Positions 34,172 through 44,770 of a stretch of 64,000 bases of DNA are shown piece after piece. The stretch covers positions 32,001 through 96,000 of the forward strand of contig CAWJSR010000003.1 in the NCBI GenBank assembly GCA_963845515.1, written 5' to 3'. The notes below the pieces were generated by a model that worked only from the letters and a program-made list of their open reading frames with translations, made no database searches and was not told the DNA's origin. The stretch is from an uncultured delta proteobacterium (GTDB lineage: Bacteria > Myxococcota > Myxococcia > Myxococcales > Anaeromyxobacteraceae). A program made the translations under genes and the position numbers. Positions within the stretch are counted from its first letter, which is position 1; each line of letters opens with the position of its first letter.

Positions 34172-35215
34172 ATGAGAACCTGGAATCGTCTGCTGCGACG
34201 CTGGTCGATGGCAGTGATCGCGGCGACCGCGGGCGTCGCCGCCGCTGGGGACGGTTCCCTCACGCGGTACTCCTACGACTACAACGGGAATCGGGTCGGG
34301 ACCACCATCATCATCCCAGCGACCGGGGTGACGCTCACGCCGAGCCTCCCGAGCCCGCAGGCACCTGGGACCGCCGTGTCCTTCACGGCGGCCGGGCAGG
34401 GGTCCTCCGGATATCAGTACCGGTTCTGGCTGAGCCCGGACAACGCTGCCACCTGGGCGGTGGTGCAGGACTGGAGCGCGACCGACACATGGACGCTCCC
34501 GTCCACGACGGCGGCGGGCAGCTATGTCGTCCTCGCGGACGTCAAGACGAACACCGCCACGACGCTGAGGGATACGTACACCGCCCTCGTCTACACGCTG
34601 GGGACTGATTTCCCCGCGCCAGCCACCGGGGTGACGCTCACGCCGAGCCTACCGAGTCCACAAGTGCCCGGGACCGCCGTGATCTTCACGGCGGCCGGGC
34701 AGGGGTCAACCAACTACCAGTACCGGTTCTGGCTGAGCCCGGACAACGGCGCCACCTGGGCCGTGGTGCAGGACTGGAGCACGACCGACACATGGACGCT
34801 CCCGTCCACGACGGGGGCGGGGAGCTACGTGGTCCTCGCGGACGTCAAGACGATGCCCGGCCCGACGCCGAGGGATGCGTACACCGCCATCATCTACACG
34901 CTGGGGACGGGCCTCCCGCCGCCGGCGACCGGGGTGACGCTGGCGGCGAGCGCGCCGTCGCCCCACACCGCGGGGACCGACGTGACCTTCACGGCGGCCG
35001 GGCAGGGGTCCACCGGATACCTCTATCGGTTCTGGCTCACGTCCGACGGCGGGCAGTCCTTCACCGTCGTGCAGGACTGGAGCTCAACCGCGACCTGGAC
35101 GCTTCCCGGAGCGACGGGAACGGGTGCCTACCAGGTAATCGGCGACGTGAAGACCGATCCGCTTTCCCCGGCGAGGGATGCCTACACATGGTTTGACTAC
35201 GTGATCATCCCGTGA
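34172..35215 (+). CDS. Secreted protein with one YD/RHS strand and three ~100-aa Y_Y_Y-like (triple tyrosine) repeats
   Basis: Signal peptide, TRYSYDYNGNRV, then 3x ATGVTL..FTAAGQGS..YQYRFW..VVQDWS..WTLP..G.Y.V.ADVK. Confidence 0.75.
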   Translation: MRTWNRLLRRWSMAVIAATAGVAAAGDGSLTRYSYDYNGNRVGTTIIIPATGVTLTPSLPSPQAPGTAVSFTAAGQGSSGYQYRFWLSPDNAATWAVVQDWSATDTWTLPSTTAAGSYVVLADVKTNTATTLRDTYTALVYTLGTDFPAPATGVTLTPSLPSPQVPGTAVIFTAAGQGSTNYQYRFWLSPDNGATWAVVQDWSTTDTWTLPSTTGAGSYVVLADVKTMPGPTPRDAYTAIIYTLGTGLPPPATGVTLAASAPSPHTAGTDVTFTAAGQGSTGYLYRFWLTSDGGQSFTVVQDWSSTATWTLPGATGTGAYQVIGDVKTDPLSPARDAYTWFDYVIIP

Positions 35216-35247
35216 CCCCTGGAGCCGCCAACTCGGAGAGACTCGTG

Positions 35248-35980
35248 ATGACCTGTAGACGTCGCCTGCGATGCGGGCTGATGGCAGTGATCGCGGCGAC
35301 CGCGGGCGTCGCCGCCGCTGGGGACGGTTGCCCTCACGCGGTACTCCTACGACAACAACGGGAATCGGGTCGGGACCACCATCATCATGCCAGCGACCGG
35401 GGTGACGCTCACGCCGAGCCTCCCGAGCCCGCAGGCACCTGGGACCGCCGTGATCTTCACGGCGGCCGGTCAGGGGTCCGCCGGATACCAGTACCGATTC
35501 TGGCAGTACGACTATGCCGTGGCCTCCTGGACCGTGGTTCAGGATTGGAGCGTTACGGCGACGTGGACGCTGCCTGGCACGACGCCGGCGGGGCTCTACC
35601 GGGTCGTCGCCGACGTGAAGACGGACCCGCTCTCGATCGTCAGGGACGCATTCGCGTACATCGACTACGACGTCGTCGCGCAGCCGCCCGCGACGGGCGT
35701 GATCCTGACGCCGAGCGCGCCTAGCCCGCATGTGGCGGGGACCGAGGTGATCTTCACCGCCGCTGGGGTGGGATCCACGGGCTACGAGTACCGGTTCTGG
35801 CTGTACGACTACGCCATCGCCATCTGGACCGTGGAACAGGATTGGAGCGCGACCGCGACCTGGACGCTGCTCGGCACGACGCCGCCGGGGCTCTACCGTG
35901 TCGTCGCCGATGTGAAGACGAGCCCGCACACCACCGTCAGGGACGCCTTCACCTACATCGACTACACGCTCGCGCCGTAG
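35248..35980 (+). CDS. Paralogous secreted protein with one YD strand and two repeats (+1 frameshift near 35330)
   Basis: Near-identical leader DNA to the 34172 gene, one extra G (GGTTGCCCTC vs GGTTCCCTC); continues as ORF 35387..35980. Confidence 0.7.
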
Positions 35981-35988
35981 ACGAGCGC

Positions 35989-36026
35989 GATCGGCGGACA
36001 GAACCGCTTCCGTTGGAGGCGCTGAG
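35989..36026 (+). repeat. 38-bp direct repeat, right copy (attR-like)
   Basis: Identical to 24828-24865. Confidence 0.92.
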
Positions 36027-36031
36027 CGGCC

Positions 36032-37901
36032 TCAGCCCCGCACCACCGTCCGCGTCACCTGCACCGTGTCGGTCCTGCCGTCCCGGCGGATCGGTGAGCG
36101 TCACCGCCGTCCCCTCCGGTCCCCGGATCGCCTCGACCGCCTCGGACATGCCGAGGTCCAGGACCGGGCGGCCGTCGACGCCGAGGATCACGTCACCCAG
36201 GGAGAGGCCGGCGCGGGCGGCGCCGCCGTCGGCGACGATCCTGATGATGGTGAAGCCGTCGCCGTGCGGGGCGAGCGCGACGCCGATCCCGGCCAGGTCC
36301 ACGCGCGGCTCCTCGTCCGGCGCGGCCGGGCGGAGCGCCACGGTGATGGGGCCGACGCTCGCGCCGGGGGCGGCCTCGATCCCTCCGACGATCCTGGCGT
36401 GGTGGCCCGCTGCGGCGACGAAGATCGACGCGCGGCGCGGCATCCCGGAGAGCGCGAACCTCCCCGCCCGGTCGGTGGCGGCCTCGGCGAGCGCCGGCAG
36501 GGCCGACGAGGCCGACTCGAGCTGCCCCTCCAGGGCGACCCTCGCCCCCTCGATGGGCTCGCCGGTCCCCTCGCTCACGACGACGCCGGTGAGCCGGCCG
36601 CCAGCGGAGAGCCGCGCGTCGGCCACCGCGTCGCCGCGTCCGGGCTCCGGGATCTCGACGTCCATCGCCGTCGAGGGGGCGTAGCCCGGCGCGGACACGA
36701 TGACCCTCGTCCGCCCGGGCGCCAGGCCGTCCAGCAGGTAGCAGCCGGACGGATCGATGGACGCGCGGCTCTCCCGCGCGACCATGCGGAGCGGCGAGCG
36801 GAGGTCGAAGAGGTGGACCGACAGGGAGACGACCGGCGCGCCCGTGGCCGCGTCCGTCGCGCAGCCGCGGAGCCGGCCGCCGTCGACCAGCGTCAGGAGC
36901 ACGTCGCGCGTGCCCGGCTCGACCCTGCGCGCGGAGGCGGGGGCCCGCCCCGTGAGCCGCGCGGTGACGCGCCAGTACCCGGGACCGAGATCGTCCAGCG
37001 TGAAGGCGCCGTCCTCGCCGGTCAGCACGGCCGCGGCGGTGGCGTCGGCGACGCCGAAGCCGAGCTCACGCGCCGCCGCGACGAGCGCGCCTGCGAGGGG
37101 AGCGCCGTCGCGCGAGACGACACGTCCGCCGATCGGGGCCGACGCCGGCATCGCGTGCGCCTGCTCCTGCAGCCGCACCGTCACGCTCCCGCGCGCGCGG
37201 GCCATGAAGTCCACCTCTGCGCGACCCGGGAGGTACCCCTCTGCGCGGGCCTCTACGACCGTCCCTTCGGGCGCAGCGAACGAGAAGCGTCCGTCCGGGC
37301 CGCTCGTGAACCGGTCGGCGATGGGGACGAGCGCCGCCTCCAGGTGGGCGCCGAGGAGCCGCACTTCGGCGCCGGCCACCGGACGCTCATCGGGCCCCAG
37401 CACGCGCCCCTCGATGGGAACGGCGGCGGCGAGCCGAATCGTGACGCCGCGGACGACGCGCCCCTCGACGGCGTCGAAGGAGACCGGGCTGTGGCCCCAC
37501 TCGGGAGCGAACGGAAGGTAACCGGACGCGGTCGCCGCGGCGAGGCGCCAGCCTCCGAGCGTGGGAGGCTGGAAGCGGAAGCGCCCCCAGGCATCTGCGC
37601 GGGCAGAGCCGGCGGCGTCGGCCCTGGAGAAGGTGAGCTCGGCCCCCGCGATGCCGGCGCCGGAGAGCGCGTCCACCACCGTCCCCTCCAGCGCGGCGGC
37701 GGACGCGTCGAGCGGCGCAGCAGACGAGGTTGGAGGCGCGTCAAGCGCGGGCGGTGACTGGGCGCTCGCGCTCCCGGCCACAGTGGAGAGCACCGGCTCG
37801 TCCTTCGGCCGCGCTCCGTCAGCGGACTGCCGCAGAGCGAACCAGGCTGCCGCAGCGATGAGCAGCGCGGCCGTTGCGGCGAGGATCCGGCGGACGTTCA
37901 T
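36032..37901 (-). CDS. Carboxypeptidase-regulatory-like repeat protein with C-terminal PDZ domain (frameshift near 36090)
   Basis: Repeated G.V.D..G.P.AGA.V units; AGIGVAL..AARAGLSLGDVILGVDG..IRGPEGT. Confidence 0.8.
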
Positions 37902-38077
37902 GGTCAGATCAAGTACCAGCGGCTGGAGGGAATCATTCCGCGTCGGGGGCCTTGAGCCGTGCAGCGGCGGAAGCGCCGGCTCGCGCGGTCTCGAGGCGCG
38001 ATACCCTACTGGGCCGAGCACCGTATTGGGGAGCCCGTTAAGCTGATTGGGTTTTGACTCGCGAGGGGCTCACCCAA

Positions 38078-39502
38078 ATGAACGATTACAGCTACGACCA
38101 CCAGACGGTCCAGGGCTTCATCCTCTCCGCCATCTTCTGGGGAGTGGTCGGAATCCTGGTCGGTCTCCTCATCTCGACCCAGATGTTCGCCCCGTCGCTC
38201 AACTTCGCGCCCTGGCTGACCTTCGGGCGGCTCCGGCCCGTCCACACCAACGGCCTCGCCTTCGGCCTGGGGGTGGGCGCCATCTTCGGCCTCTCCTACT
38301 ACATCGTCATGCGGCTCACGAAGCGGCCGCTCCTCTTCCCGCGGCTCGCGCGGGTTCAGCTCTGGCTCTTCAACGCGGGGATCGCCGCCGCGGCGGTGTC
38401 GCTCATGATGGGCTACACGCAGTCGCTCGAGTACGCGGAGCTGGAGTGGCCGCTCGACGTCGCCATCGTCGTGCTCTGGGTGATGTTCGCGGTGAACGTC
38501 TTCGGGACGATCATCAAGCGGCGCGAGGAGCAGATGTACGTGTCCCTCTGGTACGTCATCGCCACGGTGATCGCGGTCGCCGTCCTGTACCTCGTCAACA
38601 ACCTGGCGATCCCTGCCGGCCTCACGAAGAGCTACTCGCTCTTCGCCGGCACCAACTCGGCCAACGTCCAGTGGTGGTACGGCCACAACGCGGTCGGCTT
38701 CGTCTTCACCACGCCGATCCTGGCGATGTTCTACTACTTCCTCCCGAAGTCGACGGGGCTGCCGATCTTCAGCCACCGGCTCTCGATCGTCGCGTTCTGG
38801 TCGCTCATCTTCGGCTACCTCTGGACCGGCGCGCACCACCTCGTCTACACGCCGCTGCCCGACTGGCTGCAGACGCTCGGGATCGTCTTCACCCTCTTCC
38901 TGATCGCCCCGAGCTGGGGCTCGGTGGTGAACGGCTTCTACACGGTCGGGCAGGACTGGACGAAGATGCGGAGCAACTACCTCACCAAGTTCTTCGTCCT
39001 GGGGATCACCTTCTACGGTCTCCAGACGGTGCAGGGGCCGACGCAGGCGCTCCGCGTCGTCTCGCAGCTCATCCACTTCACCGACTGGGTCCCGGGCCAC
39101 GTCCACATGGGGACGATGGGCTGGGTGACGCTGACCGTCTGCGCCTCGATCTACTACGTGATCCCGAAGATCTGGGGGACCGAGGTCTACTCGGAGCGGC
39201 TGGCCAACGTGCACTTCTGGCTGGTCCTCGTCGGGCAGCTCCTCTTCAACGTGACGATGTGGATCACCGGCATCCGCCAGGGCTGGCTCTGGAAGGCGAC
39301 CGGCGCCGACGGGAAGCTGGTCCACCAGAACTTCATCGAGACGCTCACCGGGAACTACCCCTACTGGCACGTGCGGACGTTCGGGGGGCTCATCTTCGCG
39401 GCCGGCATGCTGGTCTTCGTCTACAACGTGCTGATGACCATCGCGAAGGGCAAGGCGCTCGCGGCGAAGGGCGGCGCGCAGCCGGCCCCCGCGGTCGCCT
39501 GA
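38078..39502 (+). CDS. ccoN: cbb3-type cytochrome c oxidase subunit I
   Basis: FGRLRPVHTN, EYAELEWP, QWWYGHNAVGF, GAHHL, GHVHMG. Confidence 0.97.
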   Translation: MNDYSYDHQTVQGFILSAIFWGVVGILVGLLISTQMFAPSLNFAPWLTFGRLRPVHTNGLAFGLGVGAIFGLSYYIVMRLTKRPLLFPRLARVQLWLFNAGIAAAAVSLMMGYTQSLEYAELEWPLDVAIVVLWVMFAVNVFGTIIKRREEQMYVSLWYVIATVIAVAVLYLVNNLAIPAGLTKSYSLFAGTNSANVQWWYGHNAVGFVFTTPILAMFYYFLPKSTGLPIFSHRLSIVAFWSLIFGYLWTGAHHLVYTPLPDWLQTLGIVFTLFLIAPSWGSVVNGFYTVGQDWTKMRSNYLTKFFVLGITFYGLQTVQGPTQALRVVSQLIHFTDWVPGHVHMGTMGWVTLTVCASIYYVIPKIWGTEVYSERLANVHFWLVLVGQLLFNVTMWITGIRQGWLWKATGADGKLVHQNFIETLTGNYPYWHVRTFGGLIFAAGMLVFVYNVLMTIAKGKALAAKGGAQPAPAVA

Positions 39503-39514
39503 GGGGGACGAACC

Positions 39515-40564
39515 ATGGCCGGCGCGATCTACAGGAAGCCAATCGCCTTCGCCCTCATGGCGACGGTTACCATCCTCGTCGGGACCCTCGCCACGATGGT
39601 CCTCCCCATGTTCCGGGCCGAGCTGCACGTGAAGGCCTCCGCGGACATGAAGCCGCTCACGGCCCTGGAGCTGGCCGGGCGGGACATCTACCAGCGCGAG
39701 GGGTGCGTCAACTGCCACACGCAGACGGTGCGGCCGCTCCCCTCCGAGGTGGCCCGCTACTACAAGGGCGATCCCACGAAGCCGGTCTCCGCGAAGTACT
39801 CGCTCGCGGGAGAGTTCGCCTACGACCACCCGTTCCTCTGGGGCTCCAAGCGGACCGGGCCGGACCTCGCCTTCGAAGGCTGGATCAAGCCGAGCGCGAG
39901 CTGGCACGCAACCCACTACCGTGACCCGCAGTCGAAGGTCGCGAAGTCGAACATGCCGTCCTACGCCTTCATCGAGAAGACGACGCTCGATCCTTCGGAC
40001 GTCGCCGCGCACATGCGTGCGCTCGCGAAGGTGGGCGTGCCGTACACCGCGGCGATGATCGCGGAGCAGACCGCGGCCATCGCCGGGAAGAACGAGCTGG
40101 ACGCCCTGGTCGCCTACACCCTCTCGCTCGGCAAGTACGTCGACCGCTCGGCCGCCGGCATCCAGCTCGACCTCGAGGCGACGAACCCGCTCGGGAACGA
40201 CGTCGCGGCGGTCAAGAAGGGGCACGAGCTCTTCCTCGCCAACTGCGCCGCCTGCCACGCGGACGAGGGGGAGGGGACGGAGGGGGTCGCGCCGAGCCTC
40301 ATCGACGCGCGCTTCCTGGAGCAGGACGGCGACATGCCCGACGGCGCCTACCACGCCATGATCAAGGGGGGCAGCGACGTGAAGCTCCAGCTCGGCAGGC
40401 CCGGTTACGTGGACAACGGGATGCCGGCCTTCGGCGACCTCTCGGAGGACGACGCCTGGGCGATCGTGGCGTGGATCCGGATGCAGGCGCACCACGAGAA
40501 GGCCGAGGGGCACGACATGGAGCCGGCCCCGAAGTCCGCGCCGCCCGCAGCGGGAGGGAAGTAG
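39515..40564 (+). CDS. ccoO: cbb3 oxidase subunit II fused to an extra cytochrome c domain
   Basis: REGCVNCHTQ, WGSKRTGPDL; second heme motif CAACH and GMPAF. Confidence 0.93.
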   Translation: MAGAIYRKPIAFALMATVTILVGTLATMVLPMFRAELHVKASADMKPLTALELAGRDIYQREGCVNCHTQTVRPLPSEVARYYKGDPTKPVSAKYSLAGEFAYDHPFLWGSKRTGPDLAFEGWIKPSASWHATHYRDPQSKVAKSNMPSYAFIEKTTLDPSDVAAHMRALAKVGVPYTAAMIAEQTAAIAGKNELDALVAYTLSLGKYVDRSAAGIQLDLEATNPLGNDVAAVKKGHELFLANCAACHADEGEGTEGVAPSLIDARFLEQDGDMPDGAYHAMIKGGSDVKLQLGRPGYVDNGMPAFGDLSEDDAWAIVAWIRMQAHHEKAEGHDMEPAPKSAPPAAGGK

Positions 40565-40566
40565 CC

Positions 40567-40848
40567 ATGGCGAACGAAGAGCTCGACGATCTCTCGAAGT
40601 TCGAGTCGAAGGAGACCTCACACTCGATCCCCGGTGGCTACCTCGTCCTCTACTTCGGCCTGATCCTCTTCGGCATCTGGTACCTCTGGGCCTACAGCCC
40701 CTGGGGGAGCGGCTGGAGCCAGGCGAAGGATCTGGAGGGCGCGGCCTCCTCGGCCGTGAACCTCTTCTGGACGGTCGCCTTCACCGCCATCCCGGCGCTC
40801 GCCGCGCTCCTCATCGTGCTGGCGCAGAAGAACCGGAAGAGGGGCTAG
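40567..40848 (+). CDS. Small membrane protein resembling the CcoP N-terminal segment
   Basis: IPGGYLVLYFGLILFGIWYLWAYSP; position in the cco operon. Confidence 0.65.
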   Translation: MANEELDDLSKFESKETSHSIPGGYLVLYFGLILFGIWYLWAYSPWGSGWSQAKDLEGAASSAVNLFWTVAFTAIPALAALLIVLAQKNRKRG

Positions 40849-40854
40849 GACCAG

Positions 40855-41007
40855 ATGTCCGGAGAGACCGCCTACCTCCTCCTCGGTGGGGGGCTTTGCG
40901 CCGCGCTCGTTGGCATCATCGTCTTCTACTACTCGGCCCCGAGGCGCGAGCGGGTCGAGCGGGCGAAGCACGAGATGCTCAAGGATGACGACGACGAGCG
41001 GCGCTAG
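40855..41007 (+). CDS. ccoQ: cbb3 oxidase small subunit (CcoQ-like), absent from the ORF track
   Basis: Own translation: MSGETAYLLLGGGLCAALVGIIVFYYSAPRRERVERAKHEMLKDDDDERR. Confidence 0.7.
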   Translation: MSGETAYLLLGGGLCAALVGIIVFYYSAPRRERVERAKHEMLKDDDDERR

Positions 41008-42275
41008 CGACGGGGGGGCGACGCGGGGCGCGTCGGGCGGGCGACGGGCGCCCGTCTCCTTCCGCACCTGGCGCTGGCTCGCCCTGGCGGCGCAGGCGGC
41101 CCTCGTCCTCGGCCTCCCGTTCGTCCGCATCGGCGGCGAGAGCGCGCTCAGGCTCGACGTCCCGGCAGGGAAGCTCCACGCGCTCGGCGCCTCCTTCGCG
41201 GTGGACGAGGCCTTCGTCGTCCTGGCCGCGACCCTCTTCCTCACCGCCCTCTTCCTGCTGGCCACGGTCGTCTCGGGCCGCGCCTGGTGCGGCTGGAGCT
41301 GCCCGCAGACGCTCCTCGGTGACCTCACGCGCCTCGTCGAGCCCGATCCGCGCGGTCGCCGCCGGACGTGGCGGCGCGCGGCCGGGGTCGGGATCGTCGC
41401 CCTCGTCTCGGCGATCGCGGGCGCCAACCTGGTCTGGTACTTCGTCTCGCCGTACGACTTCTTCGCGCGGCTCGCCGCTGGTTCGCTCGGGCCGGTGGCG
41501 GGGTGGGCGTGGGCGGTCACCTCGGCGGTCCTCTTCCTCGACCTCACCCTGCTGCGCCAGACCTTCTGCGCCACCGCCTGCCCGTACGCGAAGCTCCAGG
41601 GCGTCCTCTTCGACCGGCACACGCTGGTCGTGGCCTACGACGATCGGCGCGACGCCGACTGCATCGACTGCCTGGCCTGTGTCCGCGTCTGCCCGACGAG
41701 GATCGACATCCGCGACGGGCTCCAGGCTGGAGTGCATCGCCTGCGCGGCCTGCGTGGACGCGTGCGAGCCGATCATGCGCAGGCTGGGGAGGGCGCCGGG
41801 CCTGGTCGGCTACTTCCACGGTGGTCCCGGCGGACACCGTCGCCTGCTGCGCCCCGCGACGCTGGCGCTGGGCGCCATGACCGCGGTCGCCCTCGCGCTC
41901 CTCGGCGGCGCCGTCTGGGACCGCTCGGCGGTGGCGCTCACCGTCTCGGCGGACGTCGCGTTCACTGCGCGGCGGGCGGCCGGGGGGCGGGTGGTCAACG
42001 CCTTCGACCTCGTCCTGGAGAACCGGGCGCGGAGCGGCGTGGACGTGGCGCTCGCCGTGGATCCGGGCGTCGACGGCGCGGCGGCGGCGGTCCGCCCGGC
42101 GCGGGTCGCCCTCGCCCCGGGCGAGATCCGCCGGCTGCGGCTGGTCGTCTCGGTGACCGGCCTGCCTTCGGCGGGGACGTACCGCGCGCGGCTGGAGGCG
42201 GAGTCCACCGGCGCCGGCGCTTCGCCGGAGCGCCACCTCGCGCAGCTCTCACTCGTCGTCCCGGAGGTGCCATGA
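40985..42275 (+). CDS. ccoG: CcoG/FixG-like 4Fe-4S membrane protein (frameshift near 41725)
   Basis: GRAWCGWSCPQT, FCATACPY, CIDCLACVRVCP, CIACAACVDAC. Confidence 0.88.
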
Positions 42276-42823
42276 AGCACGAGTTCGCGCTTGCGGTCGT
42301 GGTCGTTGCCGGCCTGGGCGCGGTGGGGGTTACGGTGGCCGTTGGCAGCAGCGTGAGGGAGCAGACGGTGGTCGCGAACCCCTACGAGGCGGGGCTCCAC
42401 CACGGCGACGCCGTGGCGGCCCAGCGCGCCGCCGGCCGCGCGCCGGGCGGCACCCCGGCGGTCGCGCCCGCCTGCGATCTGGCAGCGGGCCCTTGCACGC
42501 AGCACGCCGGCGCCTGGGAAGTCACGCTCGCCCTGGGACCGCGCCCGCTGCGGACGATGGCGGAGCTGGCGGCCGTCGTGGAGCTCCGGCGCGAGGGGCT
42601 GCCGGTCGATGGGGCGACGGTGGTCCTCTCGTTCGAGATGCGCGGGATGTCGATGGGCGAGAACCGCCGCGCGCTCACCGGCGCCAGCGGCGGGCGCTAC
42701 GCCGGGACGGCCGTGCTCGTCCGCTGCCCCAGCGGCCGGAAGGACTGGGTCGCTACGCTCGCGGTCGACGCGGAGGGGACGCCCGCGGCGGCCGCTCGTT
42801 TCGAGCTCCGGGTGGAGGAGTGA
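42272..42823 (+). CDS. FixH/YtkA-like protein
   Basis: TM then VVANPYEAGL, MRGMSMGEN, VRCPSGRKDW; follows ccoG. Confidence 0.65.
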   Translation: MKHEFALAVVVVAGLGAVGVTVAVGSSVREQTVVANPYEAGLHHGDAVAAQRAAGRAPGGTPAVAPACDLAAGPCTQHAGAWEVTLALGPRPLRTMAELAAVVELRREGLPVDGATVVLSFEMRGMSMGENRRALTGASGGRYAGTAVLVRCPSGRKDWVATLAVDAEGTPAAAARFELRVEE

Positions 42824-43026
42824 CCACATCGGACGACAGGCGTCGGCCCTGCTGAGAGGGGCGGCAGTCACCTCCGGGTCGCGGTAACCCATCCCAGGAT
42901 TCGGGTCGCTCCCCGGACCGTCCCGCGTTTCCCGGACAGGGCAAAGTCGTCGACAGCACGGCCACTTACGTTGGTGAGTGATACGGCGCGTCATGGTGTT
43001 TGTGACGCAGTGTGGCTGAGCCGGTC

Positions 43027-43043
43027 TCGGCACGCGACCTGCA
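43027..43043 (+). promoter_or_regulatory. Candidate sigma-54 promoter
   Basis: TCGGCACGCGACCTGCA (GG-N10-GC) 70 bp upstream of the MCP gene. Confidence 0.5.
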
Positions 43044-43112
43044 ATCGCGCGGCAACCTGCCACACCGCGTCCCTGGAGGGCGGGTAAGTCGGCAAGACCA
43101 CAGAGGCAGATC

Positions 43113-44762
43113 GTGAAGATGGGTGTCGGATTCAAGCTGGCCGCGCTGGCGGCGGTAGCGGTGTTGATGCTCGCAGTGAGCGGACTCGCCTCGGTGTGGG
43201 GGCTCGGTGAGCTCGACGAGGCGATGGACGAGATCTCCCTCAACCTGCAGCAGATCCGGGGCCACTCGCGCGCCGACAACATGCACGACGCCGTCCGCGC
43301 CGACGTCCTCTCGGCGATCGAGGACGCGGAGACCGAGGGCAGCCCGCGCCGCGCAGAGGTCGCCCGGGAGTTCGACGAGCACGCGCGCGGCCTCGAGGCC
43401 GGGCTGGAGGCCGACAAGCAGATCGACGAGGACGCGATCGCCTCCAAGATCCAGCTGCTGACGCCGAACGCGCGGCAGTACCTCCAGGAGGCGAGGGGGC
43501 TCATCGAGACCGCCTACCGCGATCGCGAGGACGCGCGCGCCCGCTACACCGCCTTCGAGCAGACCTTCGACGTGCTGGCAGTGGACCTGGACGAGGTCTC
43601 CAACATGCTGGCGAAGCGCGCGGCCGAGGTGCAGGTGGCCGGCGACGCCGCCAACGAGTCGGCGCGAGCCGGGCTGGGGATCGTGCTCGTGCTCGCCGCG
43701 CTGGTGCTCATCGCCGTCTCCGTGACCATCTCGCGCGGCATCACGGGCCGGCTGGCGGCCGCCGTCGCGGCGGCCGACCGGATCGCCCGCGGCGACCTCA
43801 CCGACGACGTGGCGGTCCAGGGGAGCGACGAGATCGCCATGCTCCAGGCGTCGATGCGCGCGATGAACGACAAGCTCGGCGAGGTGATCGGCGAGGTCCG
43901 CGCCGGCTCCGACGCCCTCACCGCGGCGTCGATGCAGGTCTCCACCACCTCGCAGTCCCTCTCGCAGGGGACCGGCGAGCAGGCGGCGTCGGTCGAGGAG
44001 ACGACCTCCTCGCTCGAGGAGATGAGCGCCTCCATCACCCAGAACGCCGAGAACAGCCGCCAGACCGAGCAGCTCGCCACGAGCTCGGCGGCGAACGCCG
44101 ACGAGAGCGGCCGCGCCGTGCTCGAGACCGTCGGTGCGATGCGCCAGATCGCCGAGAAGACGAGCATCATCGAGGAGATCGCCTACCAGACGAACCTCCT
44201 CGCGCTCAACGCCGCCATCGAAGCCGCCCGCGCTGGCGAGCACGGGCGCGGGTTCGCCGTCGTCGCCACCGAGGTGCGCAAGCTCGCCGAGCGGGCGCAG
44301 CGTGCCAGCAAGGAGATCGGCGAGCTGGCCGGCTCCAGCGTCCAGGTGGCCGAGCGGAGCGGCAAGCTCCTCGCCGACCTCGTCCCGACCATCCGGAAGA
44401 CCGCCGACCTGGTCCAGGAGGTCTCAGCGGCGTCGCAGGAGCAGAGCGCCGGCGTGGCGCAGGTCTCCAAGGCGATGGCCGTCGTGGACCAGGTGACCCA
44501 GCGGAACGCGTCGGCCTCGGAGGAGCTCTCCTCCACAGCCGAGGAGATGTCGTCCCAGGCGGAGGCCCTGCTGCAGCTCATCAGCTACTTCCAGGTGAAG
44601 GGGTACCGGGAGGCCGCGCGCACGAAGGCGCAGCACGTCACGCACCTGCACCCCCACGCGCCGCAGGCGCCCGCGAAGCACGAGGCGCCGGCCCTGCCGC
44701 ACCCGGCGCAGCGCCGGAAGGACGGGGCGCCGACGGGCAGCGGCGGGTTCACGCGGTTCTAG
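43113..44762 (+). CDS. Methyl-accepting chemotaxis protein
   Basis: TM-sensor-TM-HAMP layout, [31 protein letters not shown]-terminal pentapeptide GFTRF. Confidence 0.95.
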   Translation: MKMGVGFKLAALAAVAVLMLAVSGLASVWGLGELDEAMDEISLNLQQIRGHSRADNMHDAVRADVLSAIEDAETEGSPRRAEVAREFDEHARGLEAGLEADKQIDEDAIASKIQLLTPNARQYLQEARGLIETAYRDREDARARYTAFEQTFDVLAVDLDEVSNMLAKRAAEVQVAGDAANESARAGLGIVLVLAALVLIAVSVTISRGITGRLAAAVAAADRIARGDLTDDVAVQGSDEIAMLQASMRAMNDKLGEVIGEVRAGSDALTAASMQVSTTSQSLSQGTGEQAASVEETTSSLEEMSASITQNAENSRQTEQLATSSAANADESGRAVLETVGAMRQIAEKTSIIEEIAYQTNLLALNAAIEAARAGEHGRGFAVVATEVRKLAERAQRASKEIGELAGSSVQVAERSGKLLADLVPTIRKTADLVQEVSAASQEQSAGVAQVSKAMAVVDQVTQRNASASEELSSTAEEMSSQAEALLQLISYFQVKGYREAARTKAQHVTHLHPHAPQAPAKHEAPALPHPAQRRKDGAPTGSGGFTRF

Positions 44763-44770
44763 GAGGCATC

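Larger units (their letters stand above)
24828..36026. mobile_element. Direct-repeat-bounded genomic island (RHS, lipoprotein, RAYT, Y_Y_Y-like proteins); no integrase seen
   Basis: Flanking perfect 38-bp repeats, accessory gene content, locally lower GC. Confidence 0.7.

Noticed and set aside
34172..35980. Internal repeats as DGR template/variable repeats
   Set aside because: Differences are not confined to adenines, all repeats are in-frame protein domains, and no DGR RT is present.
37895..38070. FNR box upstream of ccoN
   Set aside because: Only half-sites (ATCAA, TTGAC) are present; no TTGAT-N4-ATCAA.
42840..43020. c-di-GMP (GEMM) riboswitch upstream of the MCP, suggested by GGGCAAAGTC
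   Set aside because: The GNRA-capped P2 and the second GCAAA/P3 elements could not be found.
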